Source: Clostridiales bacterium (GTDB lineage Bacteria; Bacillota; Clostridia; Christensenellales; CAG-314). Taken from it: a DNA stretch of 64,000 nucleotides. A program made the position numbers and the translations under genes. Below are positions 46,063 to 55,030 of this stretch, in pieces. The notes beneath the pieces were generated by a model that worked only from the letters and a program-made list of their open reading frames with translations, did no database searches and had not been told where the DNA came from. The stretch is taken from positions 27,914-91,913 of the forward strand of contig DPQS01000029.1 of NCBI GenBank assembly GCA_003537755.1, read 5' to 3'. Each line of letters starts with the position of its first letter. Position 1 is the stretch's first letter.

Positions 46063-49000
46063 AGAAAAAAATTATTCTTGCACTTGTCTGCATTTGTTGT
46101 TTGTCCGCTGTTCTGGCAAACGTCAATGTTGGCGCGGCGGTATTTGTCTACAACTTGTTCGATCTGAACAACTGCTACTCGCAAACAAACGCCGCAGTCC
46201 CGACCGACACCGGCATTACCGTTGCGGACAGGGGATTGCAAATCACAGCCAAAGGCGACGGCGCAAGCGTAAGTTACAAAAACACGGCGAGCGGATTGTT
46301 TGACATATCGTTTTTGCCGTATTCGAGCGCAACTTACGGCGGTTCGAGCTACGAAGGCGACAGCTACGACAACAAGTATCAGGATTTGGACGAGATGAGT
46401 CTTGTCTTTACCGAAACAAACGGCAGCAAGCGTTCGTTTGCAGTCAGACTGACGGGCGGCGCGGACGGCAACAACGTCACGGTAAATGCGTCCGTCGAAA
46501 CAAACGACTACCGCGGAGGTATGTACTACTATCGCGACAACAACGCTTGCGGCAGCACAAGCGGTTACAACGCAAACGGCGTGTATACGTACTTGTACGG
46601 ATGCAGTTTCTCCAACGTTGCGGTCGCTTCGGGAGCGTATGCCTCGGCAAACGTCAGCCCCGTGCGCATTGTGTTTGACCCCGTCGGGATGAAGGTGTAC
46701 GGCTACAACTATGGTTACAATGCATATGCCGCCGAAAAACGCCTTATCTGGGACATGGGCGCAAGCGTAAACGACGGACGAAACGTCGGCGTCAGCTACT
46801 CTTCGTTTGAACAGTACACCGTCAGCCTGGTGTTTGACAAAGTAAAGGCGGGCAAAACGGCTTCGATCGTGCTGTATTCGATAAACGGTCAAAACTTTGC
46901 AAACTCCGTCGCAACAAACACGGCAGGACCCGAATGTGCAGTGTTCGACGTCGGCGCGGCAACGGTGGGCGAAAGTTACACGTTGAAAAAACCGACATGC
47001 TTCGACGTTGTTTCGGGAATCATCGATTTTGACGGACTTGTCAAGGTTGCCTCCCCCGACGGCGAAACGGAGGCCATCTACGCAGACGGAGCAAAGGTTA
47101 CTCCCGACAAGGAGGGCTTCGTCGCGTGGCAGGACGGAGTAAGTTTCGTGTGCCGTGCCACAGGCGACTACACGATCATTTACAAGGCGAAAGACGGCGA
47201 CGGCATTTACGGGCAACCTTACACCGTTACCGTTGCGGCAGCGGCAGCTGCGACGGCAAAATTCATCGTTACCGACGAGTACGAAACCTACCTGCGGGTA
47301 GGCGCAAACATAACGGTGACGGGCGCAAAGTGGATTGTCGGAGACGGCACCGTCGGCGCAACGTGCGTTGTAAGCAGTCCGGACGGGACGATTTTGCAAA
47401 GTCCGTACACGGCGGCGCAACAAGGCAGATACACGCTGACTTATTCCGCCGAGGTGCAGGGCAGGCAGTTGACGACCAACGTGTACGTGTATGCGTTTGA
47501 AGATAACGACGCGCTGCTGCGTTGCACTAACGGTGTGTCTGTAACATCTGCAGGATCCGACCTGCACAGCGAGCTTGCGGGACTTGTGGCGTCAACAACC
47601 GTTGCCAATGGTACGATTACCTACAAGCAGACAATCGACATCAAAAACAAAACCAAGGAAGACACGCTTATCTCGTTTATGGCACTGCCCAGGACAATGG
47701 GCGCGTCGGCAATGGGGCAAATCGCCGTCAGACTGACGGACAGCGCAAACGACAAAAACTACGTATTGTTGCTGGTCAGCCCTTCTACGGAACAGGACAT
47801 GAGCGTTGTTCGCGCAGGCTCGGCGGAGCAGACGCCGGCGGGACGCTCCAACAGTGGCTCGGTGGAGTCCTACGTGGGCGGCGGTACAAAATTCTTCCAC
47901 AGCTTTTACGGTGTGGCAAACTACGTGGACATCACTAAGCAGTTTGTCGACGTGCGCATGGACTACAAGAGCAGGCAAATTTACGTCGGAGACAAACTTG
48001 TGTGCGACCTTGACGACAGCGAGTACTTCGTCAATGCGTGGGATGGTTTTGAAGGCGACGCGATACTGTCGGTTACCATGCGCGAGTTGTCCGGCGACAG
48101 CGCAAGCGTACTTATCGACAAGATTGACGGACAAAAAATCTACGGCAAGTACCACGGCGACTGCGTTCCGCCTGTTGTCGGTGCCGATTTCGACGAAACG
48201 GACATTCCCAAGGCCGTTGTAGGGCGCAAGTATCCGTTGTTGCCCGTCCGCGTGACGGACAATGTCGACGCTTTGCCCGACGTACAAGCTACCGTGACGG
48301 ATCGCAACGGCGTAGTGGAAGTAACGGACAATGCGTTTGTGCCGACTGCGGAAGGCGAGTATTACATTACGTTTGCCGCAACGGACAAGGCGGGCAACCA
48401 AACTACGGTCAGGTACACGGTCAACGCTTATACCGGGATTGACACGCTTGACATATCGACGAACGGCGATGTGCCGTCGCAAGCATATGTCGGCGAAAAG
48501 ATTATTCTGCCTGCCTGCACCGTGGTCGGCGGCAGCGGTATGAATGTGATTACCGTCACCGCAACGGGCAAAAATACCGGTACCGTTTACAACGCGACCG
48601 ACCTTGTGTTTGTACCGCTTGTACAGGACACGTATGAAGTCGTCTACGCCGTGACGGACTACCTCGGGACAAAGCAAACGACGTCGCAAACCGTCGGCGT
48701 AACGATAAACGACAAACCCGTGTTTGACAGCACTCCGCAGCTGCCCGAGATACTTATTTCGGGACGCGCAACGACTTTGCCTCAAGTCAACGCATACGAC
48801 TACAAGGCAAACAAACCGGCGACGGTAGCGGTAATGGTGGAAGCGGACGGCACTACGGAACAGGTTGGCAACGACCTTGTGTACGTACCTCAGACCACGG
48901 CGGCAAATGTGTCGGCTGTGGTTGTGTACACGGCAACTGCGGCAAGCGGCGCAACGCAACAGATGCGCTTTGACGTGCGCATTGTAAGTCTGCGCGACGA

Positions 49001-50114
49001 GGACGGCGCGCTTGTGCTTTCGCGGTACTTTGTTGCCGACAACACCGTGAATCTTGTGCAAAACGAAGACTACCTGACGCTTGACTTCGGCGCGGGCGAC
49101 GACAAAAAGATTGAGTTTGTCAAAAAGCTGTACTCACACGGATTTGAACTGACATTCGACGTCCCGTCGGGCGCAAACAATTTCAACAAACTGTCAATCA
49201 CCCTCACCGATGCGGCTGACCCCGACAAGAAGGTTGTGTTTACTGCCAGGAAGGGCGGCTTTGCCGACAGAACGACGGTTGTGTCGATAAACGGCTTGCA
49301 GGAGGTATCGGTCGAAGGTAACTTCTTCGAGTCGGTCAAGCTGATGCGCGTGGCATACGACAACAAGGACTACTCCGTCAAGGACTCTTCGGGCTTGACT
49401 GTCGGTTACGTCAAGTACTATGCCGACGGCAGTTTGTTCCGCGGATTCTCCGACACGGTGTTTATGCAAATAACCGCCGAAGAGGTGCAAGGCACGTCCC
49501 AGATCAATTTGTACAAGGTGGGCAATCAATTGCTGATGGAAAACGACAACGATTACACCCAACCCATCATTGTAACCGACGGCGAAATATCCCGCTCGGT
49601 CCGGAAAGGACAAACCCTTGTGGTCAGCGCGGCAAAAGCGTACGACGTACTGGGATTTGAAACTACCACAACAGTGTCTGTCGTCAAGGACGGCAAGGTG
49701 ATACTTGCAAACACGTCCGCCGACAAGGAATACACCGTGACATTGGACGAGTACGGCGAATACACGATTGTGTACAGTGCCGTCGATGAAAACGACAATG
49801 TCGCAAACGCAACCCTTGTGGTCAATGTTCGCGACGACGTTGCGCCCACGATACAGGTTGACCGGACAGAGTTGGTTGTATATGCAAATACGGCGGTTAA
49901 ACTGCCGAAAGCGACAGCTACGGACGACGTAAGCGTCGCAAAAGAGTACGTATTTGTGATTGACTGCGACAACAACATGATAAACGTAACCGGCAAGGAG
50001 GAGTACACGCCTGCCAGGAAAGGTATTTATACAATACGCTATGTTGCCGTCGATTCGTCCGGCAACTACGGCATCGTCGATGTCGTTTTGAAGGTTGCGG
50101 AGGCAAAACAATGA
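46059..50114 (+). CDS. 1351-aa secreted Ig-rich protein (paralog of 25980..30206)
   Basis: ATG at 46059 with GTAGGAGG upstream, and an ATGA overlap with the permease stop. Signal peptide MKKKIILALVCICCLSAVLANV. It shares SLVFT(D/E)..G.(K)(R)SFAV, GYN..GVYT and (I/L)(V/I)FDP..M.V with its paralog. C-terminal DUF5011-like repeats (VRDDVAPTIQV...GIYTIRYVAVDSSGN). Confidence 0.85.
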   Translation: MKKKIILALVCICCLSAVLANVNVGAAVFVYNLFDLNNCYSQTNAAVPTDTGITVADRGLQITAKGDGASVSYKNTASGLFDISFLPYSSATYGGSSYEGDSYDNKYQDLDEMSLVFTETNGSKRSFAVRLTGGADGNNVTVNASVETNDYRGGMYYYRDNNACGSTSGYNANGVYTYLYGCSFSNVAVASGAYASANVSPVRIVFDPVGMKVYGYNYGYNAYAAEKRLIWDMGASVNDGRNVGVSYSSFEQYTVSLVFDKVKAGKTASIVLYSINGQNFANSVATNTAGPECAVFDVGAATVGESYTLKKPTCFDVVSGIIDFDGLVKVASPDGETEAIYADGAKVTPDKEGFVAWQDGVSFVCRATGDYTIIYKAKDGDGIYGQPYTVTVAAAAAATAKFIVTDEYETYLRVGANITVTGAKWIVGDGTVGATCVVSSPDGTILQSPYTAAQQGRYTLTYSAEVQGRQLTTNVYVYAFEDNDALLRCTNGVSVTSAGSDLHSELAGLVASTTVANGTITYKQTIDIKNKTKEDTLISFMALPRTMGASAMGQIAVRLTDSANDKNYVLLLVSPSTEQDMSVVRAGSAEQTPAGRSNSGSVESYVGGGTKFFHSFYGVANYVDITKQFVDVRMDYKSRQIYVGDKLVCDLDDSEYFVNAWDGFEGDAILSVTMRELSGDSASVLIDKIDGQKIYGKYHGDCVPPVVGADFDETDIPKAVVGRKYPLLPVRVTDNVDALPDVQATVTDRNGVVEVTDNAFVPTAEGEYYITFAATDKAGNQTTVRYTVNAYTGIDTLDISTNGDVPSQAYVGEKIILPACTVVGGSGMNVITVTATGKNTGTVYNATDLVFVPLVQDTYEVVYAVTDYLGTKQTTSQTVGVTINDKPVFDSTPQLPEILISGRATTLPQVNAYDYKANKPATVAVMVEADGTTEQVGNDLVYVPQTTAANVSAVVVYTATAASGATQQMRFDVRIVSLRDEDGALVLSRYFVADNTVNLVQNEDYLTLDFGAGDDKKIEFVKKLYSHGFELTFDVPSGANNFNKLSITLTDAADPDKKVVFTARKGGFADRTTVVSINGLQEVSVEGNFFESVKLMRVAYDNKDYSVKDSSGLTVGYVKYYADGSLFRGFSDTVFMQITAEEVQGTSQINLYKVGNQLLMENDNDYTQPIIVTDGEISRSVRKGQTLVVSAAKAYDVLGFETTTTVSVVKDGKVILANTSADKEYTVTLDEYGEYTIVYSAVDENDNVANATLVVNVRDDVAPTIQVDRTELVVYANTAVKLPKATATDDVSVAKEYVFVIDCDNNMINVTGKEEYTPARKGIYTIRYVAVDSSGNYGIVDVVLKVAEAKQ

Positions 50115-52024
50115 ACAAGATCATCAGGCTGACAAGCGTAATTCTGGTATTGATGTTTAGTTTGACTATGCTATTTGCTTGTACCGATAACAATGGCAAC
50201 AAGCCGACCTACGAGGAAGATCCGGGCAAAACGCTGACGGAGACAAACATTCTGTTGGCAAACAACGGAACAACCGACTACAAAATCGTCCTTCCCGAAA
50301 ATCCCCAAAAGAAGGAACTTGTGGCGCGTAACGAACTTGTCGAGTTTCTCGGCAAGGCAACAGGCGCAACCTTTGCCGTTGTCAGCGACAACGGATTGAC
50401 ATTCAATCCGCAGGATAAGTACATCTCTGTCGGCAACACCGAGATTCTTGCCACAAGCGGCGTCGCGGTGGAGCAAGACAAACTTACTTCCGACGGATAC
50501 CGCATTGTCACCAAGGGCAACACGGTAATTATTGCCGGTCCGTCCGACTACGGAACACTGTACGGAGCGTACGCTTTTCTCAATTGGCAAATAGGTTTCG
50601 AGACCTACGCCGAGGACGAAGTGTACTACGAAACGAAAACGCAACTCAAGTTGTTGAAATTCGACGAAACGGAAGCTCCCGACTTTGAAAAACGCCAACT
50701 CGGTTACTACACGGCGTGGTCCATCGACAGTTACCGCGACCGTCTGCGCGTGGAACGCCACGGCAAAGACTGGATTTACGGCTCGCACAGTCACTTTACC
50801 ATTATGCCCAAGGGAACCTACTACGCGCAACACCGCGATTGGTACAGCTCGGACGGTACGCAACTGTGTCTTACCAACGAAGAAATGCGCAAGGAATTTG
50901 TTGCGCGGTTGAAGTACATCATTTCTTCGCACCCCGACGAACACTACATTCTGTTGGGCGCCGAGGACGTCAACTCGTTCTGCTACTGTGACAACTGCAA
51001 AAAGGCAATAGCCAAGTACGGCACGGAAAGCGGCGTGGACATGGTGTTTGTCAACAAGGTCGCGCGCGATATCAACGCGTGGCTGGAACAAACCGACCCC
51101 GATCGCTTCATCTACATCGGCACGTTTGCTTACAACAAGACAATTCCCGCGCCTGTCAAAAAGAACGCCGACGGCGAGTATGTCCCCACTCACGTGGACG
51201 TGGTTGCCGAACCGAACGTATTTATCTACTTTGCTCCGCTCGGAGCCAACTTCAGCTACGGTTTCCTGGACGAGGAACACAATTCCGAAATTGCCCAAAG
51301 CATGTTAGGGTGGAAGGTTATCTGTCCGACATTCTGCATCTGGACATACAGTGCAAACTTCTTCAACTATTTTACCAACTTCAACAATTGGGGCACTCAG
51401 GCCTTGCAATACAGGGAGTTGAAAAGTGTCGGCGGTAAGGTTATCTTTGACATGGGTACATGGGACACGGCGGCTCCGTCGTTTGAACGTTTGCGCTCTT
51501 ACGTCACGGCAAAGCTGATGTGGGACACCGAAGCCGACACTCAAAAACTTATTGCCGACTTCATGCAGCACTACTACAAGGATGCGGCGGAGTACATGAC
51601 AAAGTACTACGATCTGATGCGTTCCTACCTTGAAGTAATCCGTGTGGAAAACAACATGGATGCCACCTGCTACGTCAACTACAACAATGTCAAGTACTGG
51701 TCGAAAGCCTACGTTGATACGTGCATGAGCTACTTCGAACAAGCACTTGCCGCAGTGGAAAAGTACAAACAAAGCGACCCGACGTTGTACGAATCGTTGA
51801 CCAAACGAATAAAAATGGAAAAGTTGTCCGTTTTGTTTGTCGCATTGCAACATTACCAACAAACATACACCCCGTCGCAACAAAAGGCAATGATTGACGA
51901 GTTTGAAGAAGTGGCAAAGGCAAACAACGTTATGTATTGGCACGAACACACCAATCTGGCGCAAGGCGACGACGGCGCGGTGGACAAGCGCATCAATGCA
52001 TGGCGGCTGTCGATAGGTGAGTGA
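50111..52024 (+). CDS. DUF4838-like lipoprotein (paralog of 30220..32175)
   Basis: ATGA overlap with the upstream gene. Lipobox TMLFAC. Blocks: LLANNGTTDYKIVLP....ARNELVEFLGKATGATFAV and CYCDNCKKA. Confidence 0.7.
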   Translation: MNKIIRLTSVILVLMFSLTMLFACTDNNGNKPTYEEDPGKTLTETNILLANNGTTDYKIVLPENPQKKELVARNELVEFLGKATGATFAVVSDNGLTFNPQDKYISVGNTEILATSGVAVEQDKLTSDGYRIVTKGNTVIIAGPSDYGTLYGAYAFLNWQIGFETYAEDEVYYETKTQLKLLKFDETEAPDFEKRQLGYYTAWSIDSYRDRLRVERHGKDWIYGSHSHFTIMPKGTYYAQHRDWYSSDGTQLCLTNEEMRKEFVARLKYIISSHPDEHYILLGAEDVNSFCYCDNCKKAIAKYGTESGVDMVFVNKVARDINAWLEQTDPDRFIYIGTFAYNKTIPAPVKKNADGEYVPTHVDVVAEPNVFIYFAPLGANFSYGFLDEEHNSEIAQSMLGWKVICPTFCIWTYSANFFNYFTNFNNWGTQALQYRELKSVGGKVIFDMGTWDTAAPSFERLRSYVTAKLMWDTEADTQKLIADFMQHYYKDAAEYMTKYYDLMRSYLEVIRVENNMDATCYVNYNNVKYWSKAYVDTCMSYFEQALAAVEKYKQSDPTLYESLTKRIKMEKLSVLFVALQHYQQTYTPSQQKAMIDEFEEVAKANNVMYWHEHTNLAQGDDGAVDKRINAWRLSIGE

Positions 52025-52032
52025 GGTGCAAC

Positions 52033-54834
52033 ATGAACAAAAAATTACTACTCGTATTGATGTTTGTTTTGTGCGTGACGTTGTTGTGCGCATGCAAACC
52101 CACCGATGACAATCCGCCTGATCCTGCTCCCGACAAAGTGGAAATTACTCTGTCGGCGCAGCAATTGGAATTGGAAATGGGACAGTCTGCGACCGTCACA
52201 GCAACGGTCAGCGGTAGCGAAGAAGTGCCTGTATGGACAACATCCGCGGCGGGCATTGCAACGGTCAGCGGCGGCAAGGTGACAGCTGTAGCGGATGGCT
52301 CCGCGACAATCACGGCAACGATCGGAGACGTAGCGGCGACTTGCGTTGTTACCGTCAACTCGCACGAAACGGTCACCCTCGACCGCACCGCATTGAGATT
52401 GTTTAAGGGCGAAAGCGTCAAAGTGGGCGCAACGGTAAAAAGGGGGCTTGTCGAACAACAAGTTGCCGTCAGTTACAGCGCGCAACCCGAAGGCTACGTG
52501 ACCGTGGACGACGACGGCGTCGTCACGGGTGTAAAAATTACCAAGTCGCCCGTAACGGAAGTGTTGCTTACGGCAACAACCGCCAACGGTACCACAGCCA
52601 CCTGCACCGTTACGGTGGAAGAAGTTGTGGTAATCAATCTGTCGCAAACCGAAGTCACTTTGCATCCGAACGGACAAAATTCCGCCCGTATCGAAGTCAG
52701 CGGCAAAAAGGGACAATATGCTCTCAATGCCGCTTCGGTAGAGTGGACAAGCAGCAACCCCGACATAGTCGAAGTAAAAGTCGATTCCAAGGGGGCAACT
52801 CTTACGGCAAAAAAGAGCGGAGACGTAACGATCACCGCAAGCGTGGCTGGCTCGTCCGAAGTGGCTGTGTGCAACGTTGAAAGCTGGTACGCACTGTCGA
52901 CGCCCGCCGACATGGAGTACATGCGCACGGATATAAACGGCGTGTTTAAGCTCGTCAGCGACATCGACTTCGGCGGTAAGGCGTGGGACGGCGTTACCAA
53001 ATGGAAAGGCGACGGAATCCCCGACAGCGAGTATTTCGGCGGCACGCTTGACGGACAGGGCTACGCAATCAAAAACATCAACATTTTGTCCGGTTGGAAC
53101 AACGGCATTATCGGTCAGACCAACACCACAAGCGTAGTTCGCAATCTGTCGGTCATCAATCTTGTCAACCAGGACACAAGCAACAAGGTAGGCAGCGTTG
53201 TTTCCTTTAATAAAGGTCTGATAGAAAACTGCTACCTGGAAAACACCATTCAAAGCGACAGTCAAAGCAACTGGAACAGTCACGGCGGCATTGTTGCCAC
53301 CAACGCGCAAACGGGCATAATACGCAACTGTATCGTGCGCGTGACGGCAAGCCGCGCCTACAACAACGCGGGAGCCATTGTCGGCTACAACTGCGGTGTA
53401 ATAGACAATTGCTACGCCATTTGTACCGAAGCGAGGTTGCCTTTGTACGTAGAGTGGAGCAATTCTCTCGGTACCATTACCGATTGCGGCGTGTATACAA
53501 GCGTCGCCGACTTCGTAAGCGGCGCACAACTGCACACTTTTTCCGACAAGGTGTGGACAAACACGGGCTTGGACGTACCGTCGCTGTACCACTACCAAAG
53601 TGTGTCGTTTGACAAAGATACTTTGTACTTTGCGCAGGGTCGTCGTTACAACATCAACCCCGCCAACGTGACGGGAGCAGAGATGCAGTGGCAACTCGCA
53701 GGCGACGACGGCGCACTTGTGTGCGAGCAAAACGCCGACAATTCTCTGAATTTCTTTGCGCGCAAAAAGGGCGTGGCAAGGTTGACCGTCAGGCTTGCCA
53801 ACGGATCTACCGCCGGCGTAAACATTGTAGTTACCGGCGTTGTGATTTCGCCCGACGTCGAAAACGTCAGTCTGGACTACAACAATCCGTCTCTTTCCGA
53901 CGAAAAAGCCATTCGATTGTTTGACGAACAGGGCAACGAGATTACACAGCACCTGACCTTTACTACCACCGACGATCGCGTTGCAACTGTTGGCGAAAAC
54001 GGTGTAATCACCGCTGTCGGCGCAGGAAAATGCTTTATTAACCTGCGTTACATCGATGACGACTATATGCAGTTTGTCGCGGTTGACGTTACGGGTTGGC
54101 AACAAATCTCCACGCCTCAGCAGTTGCAGGCGATGAAGGACAACTACAAACTTAACTATTGCCTTGTCAACGACATCGATTTCGGCAACAACGTGTTTAC
54201 CACCATTACCAAGTGGACGGCGACGGACAGCGACGAATTGTACTTCTCGGGCATCTTCGACGGCAACGGTTACTCTGTCAAAAATGTCAGGATTGTCGGC
54301 AACGACAGCGGTATCTGGGGGCGTACGGCAACCACGGCTGTAATACGCAACACCGTGTTTGACAACATCGAGTTTGCGCCGTCAGGCAACAACACGATTG
54401 CCAACACGTTCGGGGTTGTTTCGTTCAATACAGGCACCGTGCGCGATTGCATTGTAAAAGCCAAATTCAACGTCGGAAACACAACCGACTACCGTACGGG
54501 CGGAGGCATCTGCGGCAACAACGAGTTCCGCGGGCGTGTGTACAACTGCATTTCCTATGTGGACGCCTCGGCAGTAACCGGACCCGAAAACTACGTCGGT
54601 GTGCTGTTCGGACTGTGTCAGGGCGTTGCAAAGGATTGTATAGGCATTGTCGTCGGCAACACGACGGCAACCGTAAATGCAATTTCGTTTATCAACAGCA
54701 GCGGTGTGTCGGCGTGCAAACACTTTGCATCCGAGCAAGCCGCAGTGGCGGAGTACGCGCCTTTCGGTTCGTTTTCGACGGCGGTGTGGAACGTGTCGGA
54801 TACAAGACTGCCTGTGTTGCGCCATTTGTTTTAA
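52033..54834 (+). CDS. Lipoprotein with multiple Big_2 Ig-like domains and two GLUG-like / beta-helix-like modules
   Basis: I prefer the start at 52033 (GAGGTG SD; lipobox TLLCAC). Big_2 pattern: W.TSAAGIATVSGGKVTAVADGSATITATIG. Modules: SDIDFGG...YFGGTLDGQGYAIKNINI and NDIDFGN...YFSGIFDGNGYSVKNVRI. Confidence 0.85.
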   Translation: MNKKLLLVLMFVLCVTLLCACKPTDDNPPDPAPDKVEITLSAQQLELEMGQSATVTATVSGSEEVPVWTTSAAGIATVSGGKVTAVADGSATITATIGDVAATCVVTVNSHETVTLDRTALRLFKGESVKVGATVKRGLVEQQVAVSYSAQPEGYVTVDDDGVVTGVKITKSPVTEVLLTATTANGTTATCTVTVEEVVVINLSQTEVTLHPNGQNSARIEVSGKKGQYALNAASVEWTSSNPDIVEVKVDSKGATLTAKKSGDVTITASVAGSSEVAVCNVESWYALSTPADMEYMRTDINGVFKLVSDIDFGGKAWDGVTKWKGDGIPDSEYFGGTLDGQGYAIKNINILSGWNNGIIGQTNTTSVVRNLSVINLVNQDTSNKVGSVVSFNKGLIENCYLENTIQSDSQSNWNSHGGIVATNAQTGIIRNCIVRVTASRAYNNAGAIVGYNCGVIDNCYAICTEARLPLYVEWSNSLGTITDCGVYTSVADFVSGAQLHTFSDKVWTNTGLDVPSLYHYQSVSFDKDTLYFAQGRRYNINPANVTGAEMQWQLAGDDGALVCEQNADNSLNFFARKKGVARLTVRLANGSTAGVNIVVTGVVISPDVENVSLDYNNPSLSDEKAIRLFDEQGNEITQHLTFTTTDDRVATVGENGVITAVGAGKCFINLRYIDDDYMQFVAVDVTGWQQISTPQQLQAMKDNYKLNYCLVNDIDFGNNVFTTITKWTATDSDELYFSGIFDGNGYSVKNVRIVGNDSGIWGRTATTAVIRNTVFDNIEFAPSGNNTIANTFGVVSFNTGTVRDCIVKAKFNVGNTTDYRTGGGICGNNEFRGRVYNCISYVDASAVTGPENYVGVLFGLCQGVAKDCIGIVVGNTTATVNAISFINSSGVSACKHFASEQAAVAEYAPFGSFSTAVWNVSDTRLPVLRHLF

Positions 54835-54861
54835 TGACGAACAAGCACAAAAAAGATTTGT

Positions 54862-54901
54862 CAATTTGTCGGCAGATTTCTAATACGTATGTGTTTTTTT
54901 G
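54862..54901 (-). repeat. Copy (opposite orientation) of the ATACGTAT-centred intergenic motif
   Basis: The plus strand reads caatttgtcggcagatttctaATACGTATgtgtttttttg. Its reverse complement aligns with 40556-40597, at about 29 of 38 positions by my hand count. Confidence 0.45.
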
Positions 54902-55030
54902 AGTACATGTACGGGCACGAGCGATGTCCGCTGCGTGTACAAAAGTTGCGTTTGTTGTTTGACGCAAGACAAGTAAAAAAGGACTTGACGAAAGGAAACT
55001 TTCGTAAATAAAAACAAGGAGAAAGAAACA

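Noticed and set aside
52048-54105. 685-aa minus-strand ORF
   Set aside because: It is codon-aligned antisense to the Big_2/GLUG-like gene 52033..54834 (54103-52033=3x690), for the same codon-bias reason. The same reasoning rejects 44125..45642, 45915..47567, 47592..49061, 50171..51298, 49194..50111, 42732..43724, 60156..61133 and 62258..63838.
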